In this document: piece by piece, positions 16,031 to 26,083 of the stretch | Layout: each line of letters starts with the position of its first letter | Numbering within the stretch: position 1 is the first letter of the stretch | Assembly: GCA_001940985.1 (NCBI GenBank) | Contig: MSHB01000026.1 | Coordinates: forward strand, 2,215 to 66,214 | From: Mollicutes bacterium Phil14 | Lineage (GTDB): Bacteria; Bacillota_I; Bacilli_A; ML615J-28; CAG-698 | Direction: 5' to 3' | Length of the DNA: 64,000 nt | Translations under genes and position numbers: made by a program | Notes under the pieces: model-generated | The model's input: only the letters and a program-made list of their open reading frames with translations | What the model was told of the DNA's origin: nothing | The model's database searches: none

Positions 16031-17698
16031 ATGAGTAAAGCAAAGAACAAAGCTAAGTCTAACTTAGCTCAACGTAACAAAGAAGCATTAGCAAAGGCTA
16101 AAGCTGCAGTAAAAACTACTAAAACCGTAGAGAAAACTGAAACTAAGGAAAAGAAGGACGAAACAGTTAAATCTGAAAAGGTTCTTCCACCATATGATCA
16201 TGCAGTCCTTATAGCTAAGGATCCAGAAAAGTATACTGTCAAGGAAGTAAGAGAATTTGTTGATGACAAAAAGATTCATCAAATTTCATTCTCTTTCGTA
16301 ACCAAAGACGGTAAAACAGAAGGTAATATTACATTCCCGAAATCTTGTCTGAAAGAGGGTGATAGTATTACTATTACTGTACCATTAGCTACAGAGACTA
16401 AAACAGAAGAGAAACCTGCTTCTAAGGCTAAGGTTGATACTAAACCCGAACCTAAGGAAACAAAAGTTGATCCTAATGCTGCTAAGCAACAGAAACAACC
16501 GAAACAAAAGAAAGAAGAGATTCTTGTCCCGGAAGAGGTTAAACCCGAACCTAAGAAAGAAGAGGTTAAATTGCATACTGATAACTTAGTAGCAAAAGTT
16601 CATAACATTCCGAATTTAGGACGAATTGATGAAAATCATCAAATTGAGTTCTTGAATATGTTACGGAGTGATTTAGCTAAAGAAGATCACTCAATGGGTG
16701 AAGAACTGAAAGCTGGGCTTAATGAAGTTTATCAGGTAGGCCGGATGCAGATGGTAATGATCTATGCTGCTCAGTTAGAGAAAGAAGGAAAAGCAGTACT
16801 AGGAGGAGAAACAATTCAGAAAGAATTATTTCCTCAAGTAAAGAAAGCTTATCTTGATTTCTTCGGAGTAACAGTAAAAGCTCTTGAATCAAAGACTGAC
16901 GATTCACAGCTTCAGATTAAATTCGAAGACATTCCTAAGGATGTAAAAGATGCAGCTAAAGCAGATGCTAAAGCTCCAGAAATATTTGATATCCCGGAAG
17001 CAGATCCTAATTTATCCGAAGAACAAAAACTTGAAGTACTTCGGAGTATTATGAAACGTACTAATGCTTCGGAAGGATCTAAACGTTCAGCAGATCGAAG
17101 AGGGTTAAACCTTGTAGATGCTATTGAATGGGCACGGAAAGCTTTCGAGATTAAGTCTGAAGAACCAGCAGCTACTGTAGCATTATTGTGTGAGAAGTTT
17201 GGAAAAGACTCAAGCGCACTGCTTCTGAAAGGATTTACTGGTATGTCTTACTCAGGTTTGCTATCAAACAATACTCCGTTAATTCCTCATGCTATCTTCT
17301 CAATGTCATTGAAAGAAGTAGGTTTTAACGATAGTCAGATAGCTAACGTTGTACGTACTTTCTGTGTAAATGCATTAGAAAATACTAGTAAAGATGAAAA
17401 AGAGTTTACTCAAAAAGTAGCTCCAGTTAATAACCTTCTAAAGTACAGTACTACTGAAGAAATCATTCAGAGTATCTTGGACAAACAAGAGGCAATTCCT
17501 CTAGCTGTTGATGGATTGCCGAAAACTAAGAACAGCAATATAAACGGAGCTAAAATCTATAGCACATATGTAAATATGATTGGCTCAGATTCTCCTGCTA
17601 TTATTAGCGAGAAACTGAAAGAAGTAGCTCAGTATTATACAAAACCGTTAGGTAGATTAGCTAATTATAAAGACGAATCTGCTTATTCAAAATCATAA
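16031..17698 (+). CDS. hypothetical protein with K/E/P-rich N-terminal half
   Basis: 555-aa track ORF preceded by the CATAATCAATATG leader. Antisense track ORFs inside it are judged spurious. Confidence 0.75.
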   Translation: MSKAKNKAKSNLAQRNKEALAKAKAAVKTTKTVEKTETKEKKDETVKSEKVLPPYDHAVLIAKDPEKYTVKEVREFVDDKKIHQISFSFVTKDGKTEGNITFPKSCLKEGDSITITVPLATETKTEEKPASKAKVDTKPEPKETKVDPNAAKQQKQPKQKKEEILVPEEVKPEPKKEEVKLHTDNLVAKVHNIPNLGRIDENHQIEFLNMLRSDLAKEDHSMGEELKAGLNEVYQVGRMQMVMIYAAQLEKEGKAVLGGETIQKELFPQVKKAYLDFFGVTVKALESKTDDSQLQIKFEDIPKDVKDAAKADAKAPEIFDIPEADPNLSEEQKLEVLRSIMKRTNASEGSKRSADRRGLNLVDAIEWARKAFEIKSEEPAATVALLCEKFGKDSSALLLKGFTGMSYSGLLSNNTPLIPHAIFSMSLKEVGFNDSQIANVVRTFCVNALENTSKDEKEFTQKVAPVNNLLKYSTTEEIIQSILDKQEAIPLAVDGLPKTKNSNINGAKIYSTYVNMIGSDSPAIISEKLKEVAQYYTKPLGRLANYKDESAYSKS

Positions 17699-17703
17699 TC
17701 AAT

Positions 17704-18087
17704 ATGATAAAACGTCTAAACATGTTCATAATGCTAGGCATTATGGCATTCGGAGGAATCATTGCATATAGTGGATCTGATCAATCTACTGTAAAAGCAG
17801 AAATAATTCCTAAATATCGTGAAATAGCAGTACTTAAACCAGTAGAAGTACCTACTATTAATGTTGATTTAAATACAAATACTATCGCAGTAGAAGGTAC
17901 ACCTACAGCAACAGTAAACATAAATCAACCAGAGCGAACTATAGTTAAGTGGAAAACAAAAATAGTTGAGAGATTTGTACCTTTCAACTATCCTAATGTA
18001 GATGCTACTAAGCATACATTACCTGTTTTAAACTTACCTAAAACAAGTGTAATAGATAAAATTGACTGGAAGTATGAAAGACCATGA
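17704..18087 (+). CDS. membrane-anchored hypothetical protein
   Basis: 127 aa with an N-terminal hydrophobic anchor. Preceded by the CATAATCAATATG leader. Confidence 0.6.
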   Translation: MIKRLNMFIMLGIMAFGGIIAYSGSDQSTVKAEIIPKYREIAVLKPVEVPTINVDLNTNTIAVEGTPTATVNINQPERTIVKWKTKIVERFVPFNYPNVDATKHTLPVLNLPKTSVIDKIDWKYERP

Positions 18088-18481
18088 TAAGCTAGTTGTA
18101 CAGCACATGTTGCGTACTTCTAATGTCATATTGCATTTAAAAAATAGTAGAGTTGAGCTACAAAAAGCTAACTCTGCTATGCCAATAGATATAGTAGGAG
18201 GACGAACAAATTACGAGAATCAGGCAGGAATCAATCGTAGGATTCTTGAAATACAAATGCTTGAACAAAGCATGATGCATCGTAATGCAAAACTATTTAA
18301 GACGTTAAGTGGCTTTGACAGTTCTATAATGGACCCTATCAGTTTTATATCTTCGTATGATATAAAACAGAAAGTTGTTGATATCGTTAAGAATACTAAA
18401 TATGTTGGTTACTTAGATCTTAATACTGGAAAGATCCAAGTTATCGGAGAAGATAAACCCGACACGCAACTAGAGCAGTAA
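18074..18481 (+). CDS. hypothetical protein
   Basis: Track ORF 18062..18481 trimmed to its first ATG (MKDHDKLVV...). Confidence 0.55.
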   Translation: MKDHDKLVVQHMLRTSNVILHLKNSRVELQKANSAMPIDIVGGRTNYENQAGINRRILEIQMLEQSMMHRNAKLFKTLSGFDSSIMDPISFISSYDIKQKVVDIVKNTKYVGYLDLNTGKIQVIGEDKPDTQLEQ

Positions 18482-20373
18482 AGCGTGTAATAAGAGCTAT
18501 AAACTGTATCGTTAGCAGCGTAACTGCTTCGCCCACGACACTATAATCAAATATAGTTGGGAATGCTGAAAACGTGGTAAGTAAGCATTAATAGCACAGA
18601 ATGTAATGAGGCTTAAGTCATAGCTACAACTATGCTAAGTAAACGATTGCATAATAACTTGTTCGTGTCGAATTTGCTATTTAAGACTGAAGAAACGACG
18701 AGAGAGAGGGAGAGCGTGAGAAACCCTCGGTGAGAACCACTTGGTGACTGAAGACGCAACATAGAAATCAGCAGATCTCTATAGTTAAACATCTCAAGGT
18801 ATCGTTAATACATCCGAATCCTTACAATCAAGTAAAAATCAAAAGGGGATGTTACCTTAAACACGAGCTGCAAGAGTCGGAAAGGCCGACTATAAATAAA
18901 ACATTAATGACTCCAAATCATTAATGCTAAAACTTACAGACATACTAACGTCTTAGGGAAGCTCCAAACTTTCCTTGTGGTAAAAATATCACTAAAATAT
19001 TTATGCTACCATAGTGTTCAGTCCTGGCCTTTATTAGGATAGAAGGATGTATGAAGGTGGTGACAATTATATTATAATACTGTTTAATAATATGATAAAG
19101 TGAGAAGTAAATTACGTGCTTTATAGCTGAGAAGCTATGATCCATATATATTGCCTTGTTTGTATAAAGCAACATATATGATAGATTACCTCGATTAGGT
19201 GCCAAACCTATGCGTAATGTTAGTAATAAGGATATACATTCCAGTATATAGATAAAATACTACTAATCCTAAGTTTATTAAAATCATATTGTGAGATATG
19301 AGTTCTCAGTTGAATGGGATTGTGTAATTTTGAGTAATATATTGTCTAAACTCAGTTTCTACTTATCTGAGTATAAATCCTAGAGTGCTTTGCAACAGGT
19401 CATAAAGTAGATATGGGATGAAGAGCCAGAAAACTCTATTTCGTTAACGTAATATCGATAAGCATAAGGTATAAGTTATAATTAGTGGGAGATAACCCCG
19501 TGACAAAATCGATTTGAGTATTCGAAAAATACTAATATTATAAGATTTCTAGGCCAAGTCAAGTAGATGTACAAGACTATGAGCTAATAGAAAGACATAA
19601 TAAAGAAGCTTATTGTTTAACTTAATAACCAATGAGGAAGTTCAATGGAAGTAGTACGCTACATCACCACCCTCGACTGTACAATATAATTGCTGTAAAC
19701 GAAACTTATGTGCCGCAACACATATTAGTAGGTTCGCTGATACCTTCATTAAGGTTGAATGAGTGGAAATCTCATAAATTATGTGCAGAATAAGAACGAA
19801 GTCGTAGATAACACGCAGCCGTAGAGTAAACTACAGGCTATATGAAAGTGGGTGTTTTGAAACATAAACAGCTTTAAATAAAACCGGTTACACTATAATC
19901 GATAAAAATACATCCTGTCTCGATGTAATATTATATAGTAACATACTACATTAGTAGAAGCTTAAAATAAGCTTATGTTTACTTCGAAGTGTACAATAAC
20001 ACTTAGCAAGCACGTTTTTAGGTATTTCCTGTTAGGCTTGTAAAACAATCAGATAAACCAATTATCTTAAGGGGTATATATCTCATACCGTTTGAGTCCC
20101 CGTTATATGCACATATGATTACATATCCCTAGAATATAACTACGATAATCATTAACAAACAATTTCAAAAGAATTTCAAAACAATTACAAACTTATGTAA
20201 GCAGAAATCTCATATAATATCAAAGTAATGTAGAGGTAAATAAGTATCAAATGACGAGTTTTATCATACAATATCAGGTATTTTCAAAATAGCTACTATA
20301 GGATATCCATTGAATTGGAAGTATTATATATACTAAGAGATCTATCTATATAGTATGCAGGAGTAAAGAGTAT
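18482..20373 (+). ncRNA. 1.9 kb ORF-free block, candidate large structured RNA(s)
   Basis: TAA, TAG and TGA are frequent in all six frames. Visibly less AT-rich than the coding flanks. Many local stems, for example 18875-18891, 18902-18926, 19123-19138 (GAGA loop) and 19143-19180. Strand inferred from G:U pairs. Confidence 0.4.
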
Positions 20374-20400
20374 TTGCTTACTTTAAAAAGAATAATCATT

Positions 20401-20964
20401 ATGGAAACAGTATATCAAAACCAAATTAGTCCTAAATTGGAAGCCCGTTTACGGGAAGTACGGAAAATTATTAGCGACATGGGTAGCATGTTAGGCAAAA
20501 CAATTTGTTATTTGCAAGTAGATAATGTTGATCTGTCTCACAAAGAGAAAGAAATCAACAATAATCACCCACGGCTAGTTGTTCCGTTATTGAAGTTTAT
20601 GGTAAATAGTATTACCATTAGCGAACAAAAGATTTTAACGATTGGAGATGATGTCTATCTCGAATTTAATGGTAAAGAGAACTTACGGGCAAAGATTATA
20701 CAGAATCCTAAATTCTTTGCAGATGCTAGCGATAATGCTATTATCGAAGAAGCAGTAGAACGGGCAATGAATGGAGGTACACCGATTTTCTTTGCTAACC
20801 GGCAGAAATTAACTGCTGAAGCGAATTTCCGGAACAAACAAGAGATGGAGAAAGCAGACCGTCTTGCTAACGAATTCTTACAACAAGCACAGTTGTTGAG
20901 TGATCTTACGAAAGCTCAGGAACATGACTGTGAAGAGTATTACAAACAATTAGGTTTAGTCTAA
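20401..20964 (+). CDS. hypothetical protein
   Basis: Track ORF trimmed to its first ATG (METVYQNQISPK...). Visibly higher GC. Confidence 0.65.
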   Translation: METVYQNQISPKLEARLREVRKIISDMGSMLGKTICYLQVDNVDLSHKEKEINNNHPRLVVPLLKFMVNSITISEQKILTIGDDVYLEFNGKENLRAKIIQNPKFFADASDNAIIEEAVERAMNGGTPIFFANRQKLTAEANFRNKQEMEKADRLANEFLQQAQLLSDLTKAQEHDCEEYYKQLGLV

Positions 20965-20978
20965 AACTTTTATAGCTT

Positions 20979-21518
20979 ATGAATACTACTGTAAAAATAG
21001 ATAGTTTTCATAAAGCACTACTCAGCTTAATTCTTCAAAACAAATACGTACGAAATAATATCTTGATGGGAGATAAACTTGCTGGTGAAATAGAGATTCA
21101 TGACGATGGGTCTATACGAATCTATACAAAACAGCGTAAATTTAAATGGCTATGTGTGATATTTGGAGATTTTGTAGATAAAAGCTTTAGAGATCTTGCC
21201 CTTACTCTTATTGATGTAATAGCAGGGCCTGATAATTCTTCTAATAAACGGAACTTTGATGGAATGACCCGTGAATTCATGAAGAATGCTGTAAGAAAAC
21301 TAAATTATGAATACGTAATCGATATGCTTTTCGATGTGCTAAGAGTTGGTGTACGAGATGGAGAATACACTAGCAAATATCTAGCAGATCCTGAAGATGA
21401 ACAATACCAAAGGGAACACTCTTCTAGAGTTGGAACTTTTAGTAGGATGCGTGGATATGCACTGCTTAACAGCGGTGAACCGTTAGGAGATGTGGAACTC
21501 TTTATTAAAAGACCATAA
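20979..21518 (+). CDS. hypothetical protein
   Basis: 179-aa track ORF. Confidence 0.65.
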   Translation: MNTTVKIDSFHKALLSLILQNKYVRNNILMGDKLAGEIEIHDDGSIRIYTKQRKFKWLCVIFGDFVDKSFRDLALTLIDVIAGPDNSSNKRNFDGMTREFMKNAVRKLNYEYVIDMLFDVLRVGVRDGEYTSKYLADPEDEQYQREHSSRVGTFSRMRGYALLNSGEPLGDVELFIKRP

Positions 21519-21529
21519 AACTATTTTAT

Positions 21530-21560
21530 GAGTTCTGATGGGGAACTCTATTTTTCTTTC
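21530..21560 (+). terminator. rho-independent terminator
   Basis: GAGTTC-TGATGGG-GAACTC followed by TATTTTTCTTTC. Confidence 0.6.
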
Positions 21561-21753
21561 ATAATTTCAATTTAAGACTATATTATGATGGGTAATATAG
21601 TTATATCCGAGTGATAATACTACTAAGATAGTTAATAAGGCAAGCTACAAGAAGAAGACGTAGCTATCTTTTCGATGAGAGCACTCGGACTATTTACAGG
21701 TAAACGATTTCTAATATAAAATAGTATTAATCATTTAAAACTCAATATATATT

Positions 21754-22248
21754 ATGAAATCAAAAGCATTTATTATAAAACGTAACGAAATATCTCAAGA
21801 ATTAACTAATTATTGGAAGATAATGCATGTTCATAATGTTCTTAATAAGAATTATGAGCGTAAATATAACTTGAAAGAGATATATTCTAATATTAAAACA
21901 TTATCTGAAGAACGTGCTTTAGTAAAACTAAAGTTACAAGCAATTAATCTTGGACTGAAGAAGTTTAGCGACTTACCCGCAGAATGTAATCAGTTTAATA
22001 TATTTCGTCTAGGAGAGCTCAAAGAGCTCAAGAAGCAACTTGGACTAATTAAAACTATTAATCCAGTCCTAAAAGCGAAGAAAGGTAAGAAAGCTTTAAA
22101 TCGTACAGAAGAGTTAACAGCTAACTGGATTAAAGCTCGTATTAAGGAACTAGATTTAGAAATCCTTGAACTAAGTGAGAAGTTGGAGAAATTTAATGAG
22201 GAGACAGATTTTGATGATGAGTGTGCTCCAATGGTTCTTGCTGCATAA
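21754..22248 (+). CDS. hypothetical coiled-coil protein
   Basis: 164-aa track ORF. Confidence 0.6.
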   Translation: MKSKAFIIKRNEISQELTNYWKIMHVHNVLNKNYERKYNLKEIYSNIKTLSEERALVKLKLQAINLGLKKFSDLPAECNQFNIFRLGELKELKKQLGLIKTINPVLKAKKGKKALNRTEELTANWIKARIKELDLEILELSEKLEKFNEETDFDDECAPMVLAA

Positions 22249-22258
22249 TAGTTATACT

Positions 22259-22546
22259 ATGGAAAAACAAAATCATGAAGCATCTAGGTATTTATGGAGT
22301 TTAGAGAAGGACGGTTTAATTAACGTTCTTGGAACTTCTCCAGAAATAACAGATGCTGTTAATAATTTAATAGAAGTAGTTGATCCTAAGATAGAAGATT
22401 ATTCTCTTACTTATGAAGAATTTGTAAGTGATATAGCTAATGAATTTGAAAAAATTATAGCTGATGAATCTGCTATTGAAGAAAATCGAGCTATTAATAT
22501 TAATAAATTATTAACTAATTTAACAGAGAAATATAAAATAGGATAA
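22259..22546 (+). CDS. hypothetical acidic protein
   Basis: Track ORF 22175..22546 trimmed to the ATG after the upstream stop (MEKQNHEASRY...). Confidence 0.55.
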   Translation: MEKQNHEASRYLWSLEKDGLINVLGTSPEITDAVNNLIEVVDPKIEDYSLTYEEFVSDIANEFEKIIADESAIEENRAININKLLTNLTEKYKIG

Positions 22547-22581
22547 TGTCCTAAATTTTAACTTATAAAAGTATAATCAAT

Positions 22582-23376
22582 ATGAAAAAGATATCACAAG
22601 ATTGGGGAAAGAAAACAGTATTAAAAAATGAACCAGTATTACCAGAAATCAGAAGTTATAAACCTAAAGCAGATAAAGGAGTAAAGACAGATATTGTCTT
22701 TAAATGGTCTAAAACTGCATTAGAAGCAAAGCAGAGTTTACAAGATCAGAAGATTAGTAAACCTATTATTTATAATTCTAAAGATGGAGTTAGTAAAACT
22801 TTTAATATAAAGTCTTATCCTAAACTAAAAGATTTAACTTTCAAAAAACCTGAAGTTAAAGAGTATATTTTACCTAGTAGAGAGGATAGAAAAAAGGCTA
22901 AAGAAGAAGCTATTAATAAGCTCACTTTTAGTAAGTTGCATCATAAATTAGTAGCAGGATTATATATTAATCCATTCTCTGCAGAGAGACGAATGAAGCA
23001 GAGAGCTGAGCAAAATGCTCACAACTTAAAGATTGAAAAACTTGCTGAAGAGTTACGAAATCGTAAACTAAGTAGATATAAGTATCGTTTAGAGACAATC
23101 TGTGATACAGTAGATAAAGGTTTACATCGAGCTTTCGTAAATTATAGTAGTCAGAAAGAGAATGTTCTGATTGATAGTATTACTAGATTAGCTAAGAAAT
23201 ATGCTAAGAGTTTAACTAACTTTAGTCATATGAAATTAGTAGATAATATTACTAGTAAGCTAATTCATGTTAGCACTGGCGGAGTAGATGAAGACAAGGA
23301 GAATATGCTCAATAAGCTAAAACTAGATAGATTACATCTAGAATATCCAGATTACTACGCTGATAAAGCAGCATAA
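22582..23376 (+). CDS. hypothetical basic protein
   Basis: 264-aa track ORF preceded by TATAATCAATATG. Confidence 0.65.
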   Translation: MKKISQDWGKKTVLKNEPVLPEIRSYKPKADKGVKTDIVFKWSKTALEAKQSLQDQKISKPIIYNSKDGVSKTFNIKSYPKLKDLTFKKPEVKEYILPSREDRKKAKEEAINKLTFSKLHHKLVAGLYINPFSAERRMKQRAEQNAHNLKIEKLAEELRNRKLSRYKYRLETICDTVDKGLHRAFVNYSSQKENVLIDSITRLAKKYAKSLTNFSHMKLVDNITSKLIHVSTGGVDEDKENMLNKLKLDRLHLEYPDYYADKAA

Positions 23377-23436
23377 GATATTTTCATATAATTATAGATT
23401 TATATCAAGGTTTGTAGAGTACCTTAAACTCTACAC

Positions 23437-23510
23437 GATTCTGTAGCTCAATTGGATAGAGCAACGCCCTTCTAAGGCGTCGGTTTTGCGTTCGAGTCGC
23501 AACAGAATCA
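23437..23510 (+). tRNA. tRNA-Arg (anticodon UCU)
   Basis: Acceptor GATTCTG/CAGAATC. D arm GCTC-AATTGGATA-GAGC. Anticodon arm ACGCC-CTTCTAA-GGCGT. T arm TTGCG-TTCGAGT-CGCAA. Confidence 0.85.
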
Positions 23511-23524
23511 CTAATTTATATTTT

Positions 23525-25462
23525 ATGAAGGTTAGAGGAAAAACAGTATATGTATATGATATAGAAGTATTTCAAAATGTATTTCATTGTACAGTAAAGA
23601 ATACTGAAACAAAAGAATATTATAAATTTGAAATATCTAAAAGAAAGAATCAACTGAAAGAACTAGTTGAATTCTTTTATACTATTAAGAATAAATATAC
23701 GTTAGGAAATCTATATACTACAGAAATCCAGTTAGATACAGATAAGATATTTGCTGGATATAATAATCTTCATTATGATAACCCTATTATTAATTATATT
23801 ATAGACTATTATGAAGTAATGAGTAATAAAAATTATTTATCTATTTGTAATAGTATATATAATTTAAGTAAAATAATAACTACATCAAAGGATGATATTT
23901 CTCTTTGGAAGAAGTGGAAATATATGATTAAGTTTGAATCTTTTGATATACTTACTATGTTATACTCACAAAAGTTACGTGTTGGATTAAAAGAAATTCA
24001 AGTAACTATGCAGTACAAAAATGTACTAGAATTTAATCATGATTGGTCATTGCCTTTAGAGGTTGATTTGATTGATGAAATGATTGAGTATAATATTAAT
24101 GATGTAGATTCTACTGAAGAGTTATTAAATAGGTGCAAAGATCAAGTAGATTTAAGAATAGCTATTGAAGACGAATATGGAGTACGAGTACTAAGTAAAG
24201 ATGGAGTAAATATTGGTATGAAGATACTTACTCAAAAATATCTTGAAAAGACAGGTTTAACTTGGTGGGATATAGAAGGACTAAGAAGTCCTGCTGATTT
24301 TATTGATTTAAATAAAGTAATATTACCATATATTGAATATAGAGATCCAATACTTCAAAAAGTTTTATCTGATATGAAACAACAAGTTGTTTCTCCAGGT
24401 AGAAAAGGATATGAAAATAAATTCATATTTAGAGGATTAAGATATTCAGTAGGAGTTGGAGGTATTCACTCTGTAAATAGTCCAGAAATAATTATTCCTA
24501 AAGAAGATGAAATGCTGATAGATATAGATGTAGCATCGTTGTATCCAAGCATGATCATAGAATATAAGTTTTATCCAAAGCATTTGGGACCTGAGTTCTT
24601 AGAAGTATATACTCAGATTAAGAACGAACGAATTGAAGCTAAGCATAAAGGAGATAAAGTTAAGAGTGAAACTCTTAAATTAGCTCTTAATGGACTTAGT
24701 GGTAATCTGCAAAATGAACATAACTTTTGTTATAGTCCATTTACTGTAATGCAGATTAGAATAAACGGTCAGCTATTATTGTTAATGTTAGCTGAATCAT
24801 TATCAGATTTAGGTTGTAGAATAGTACAAGCAAATACAGATGGGTTGTTTGTATTATTAAAGAAAGATATATATAGTAAAGTACAAGAAGTATGTAAGGC
24901 TTGGGAACAAAAGACTAAGCTTACTTTAGAAGAAGAACGTTTTGAAGCTATGTATCAATATGCAATTAATGATTATATTGCAGTAGAAGAAGGATATAGT
25001 AGTAGCAAAGACAGAAAGCTTATAAAGGAGAAAGGAATGTTTATTACTAAAGTATTATTAGGTAAAGGCATGTCTGCAAAGATAATTCCTGAAGCTATTG
25101 AAAGATACTTTGTTGATGGAATTCCTATAAAAGATACTATATATAACTGTAAAGATATTAATAAATTTCTTACTTACCAGAAAGTAGATAAGAAATTTAG
25201 TGTTGAGTATAATAATAATTTAATTCAAAGAATTAATAGATTCTATGCATCTACTAACGGACCTTATTTATTTAAGTGTGAAGTAGATAGTGAAGGAAGA
25301 AGAAGTAATTATACTAATTTATTAGTAGCTTCTGGTGTTACTATACTTAACAAATTTGATGATAAACCTATTGAAGAAAGAAAAATAAATTATCGGTACT
25401 ACATAACTGAGTGCCAAAAGATAATAGAAGAACTCAAACCAAGACAAATGAGCTTATTCTAA
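23525..25462 (+). CDS. family B DNA polymerase
   Basis: Exo motifs YVYDIEV, YNNLHYDNPI and YNINDVDST. Pol motifs DIDVASLYPS, KLALNGLSGNL and QANTDG. The start was moved to ATG 23525 because the track N-terminus overlaps the tRNA. Confidence 0.85.
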   Translation: MKVRGKTVYVYDIEVFQNVFHCTVKNTETKEYYKFEISKRKNQLKELVEFFYTIKNKYTLGNLYTTEIQLDTDKIFAGYNNLHYDNPIINYIIDYYEVMSNKNYLSICNSIYNLSKIITTSKDDISLWKKWKYMIKFESFDILTMLYSQKLRVGLKEIQVTMQYKNVLEFNHDWSLPLEVDLIDEMIEYNINDVDSTEELLNRCKDQVDLRIAIEDEYGVRVLSKDGVNIGMKILTQKYLEKTGLTWWDIEGLRSPADFIDLNKVILPYIEYRDPILQKVLSDMKQQVVSPGRKGYENKFIFRGLRYSVGVGGIHSVNSPEIIIPKEDEMLIDIDVASLYPSMIIEYKFYPKHLGPEFLEVYTQIKNERIEAKHKGDKVKSETLKLALNGLSGNLQNEHNFCYSPFTVMQIRINGQLLLLMLAESLSDLGCRIVQANTDGLFVLLKKDIYSKVQEVCKAWEQKTKLTLEEERFEAMYQYAINDYIAVEEGYSSSKDRKLIKEKGMFITKVLLGKGMSAKIIPEAIERYFVDGIPIKDTIYNCKDINKFLTYQKVDKKFSVEYNNNLIQRINRFYASTNGPYLFKCEVDSEGRRSNYTNLLVASGVTILNKFDDKPIEERKINYRYYITECQKIIEELKPRQMSLF

Positions 25463-25516
25463 CAAATAAATTTCAAATCGTATCAAACTAGCTCATATTT
25501 TAAAAATATAAAACTT

Positions 25517-26083
25517 ATGATCCTAGAACTAGATACAGATTTATTCAAGATATTTGGAGATATATCTATAAATCAATTAGTATTTTTAACCCTAGTAATG
25601 AATGATAATCAATCAAATAATCAAGACATTCACGAATTTCTCAGCCGAATTAGTGAGGATGATATACTAGAGTTAATCAACCATGGCTACATTGTAGTTA
25701 CTACTACTGACAATGAAACCATTTATAGTCTTACTGAAGAGTATAAAGAAAAAGTTAAACCAGAGAAAACTTGGTTTGATTATTTCTATGAACTTTATCC
25801 AGTATATGTTATTAGACCTGACGGAACTAAAGGTTTTTTACGAGCTAATGTAAATAAGTGTCGTAAAGAATATAATAAAGTTGTTGGTAAATCTAAAGCT
25901 ATGCATCAACATATATGCGATTGTCTTACTAAAGAAATCAATTATAAGATGGATACTGGCAATATTGGATATATGAAGACTATGTGGAAATGGATCACTC
26001 AAAAAGAGTGGGAAGCTATGGAAGAAGCAAACAATATAGAAACTGTAAAAGATGAGGAGGAGTATGGAAATGCCCTTATTTAA
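25517..26083 (+). CDS. hypothetical protein (replication module)
   Basis: 188-aa track ORF. Confidence 0.6.
   Translation: MILELDTDLFKIFGDISINQLVFLTLVMNDNQSNNQDIHEFLSRISEDDILELINHGYIVVTTTDNETIYSLTEEYKEKVKPEKTWFDYFYELYPVYVIRPDGTKGFLRANVNKCRKEYNKVVGKSKAMHQHICDCLTKEINYKMDTGNIGYMKTMWKWITQKEWEAMEEANNIETVKDEEEYGNALI

Noticed and set aside
18945-19205. 86-aa minus-strand ORF inside the 1.9 kb ORF-free block
   Set aside because: It is isolated, with no plausible start context or neighbours, and sits in a region where all frames are otherwise full of stops. It is probably a chance ORF.
18482-20373. Group I or II intron, or a gene written in another genetic code
   Set aside because: The flanking ORFs (18074..18481 and 20401..20964) each look complete with their own start and stop. 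All three stop codons are frequent in every frame. I could not see a group II domain V or the conserved group I P7 and P3 pairings by eye. This is not excluded; it needs a covariance-model scan.
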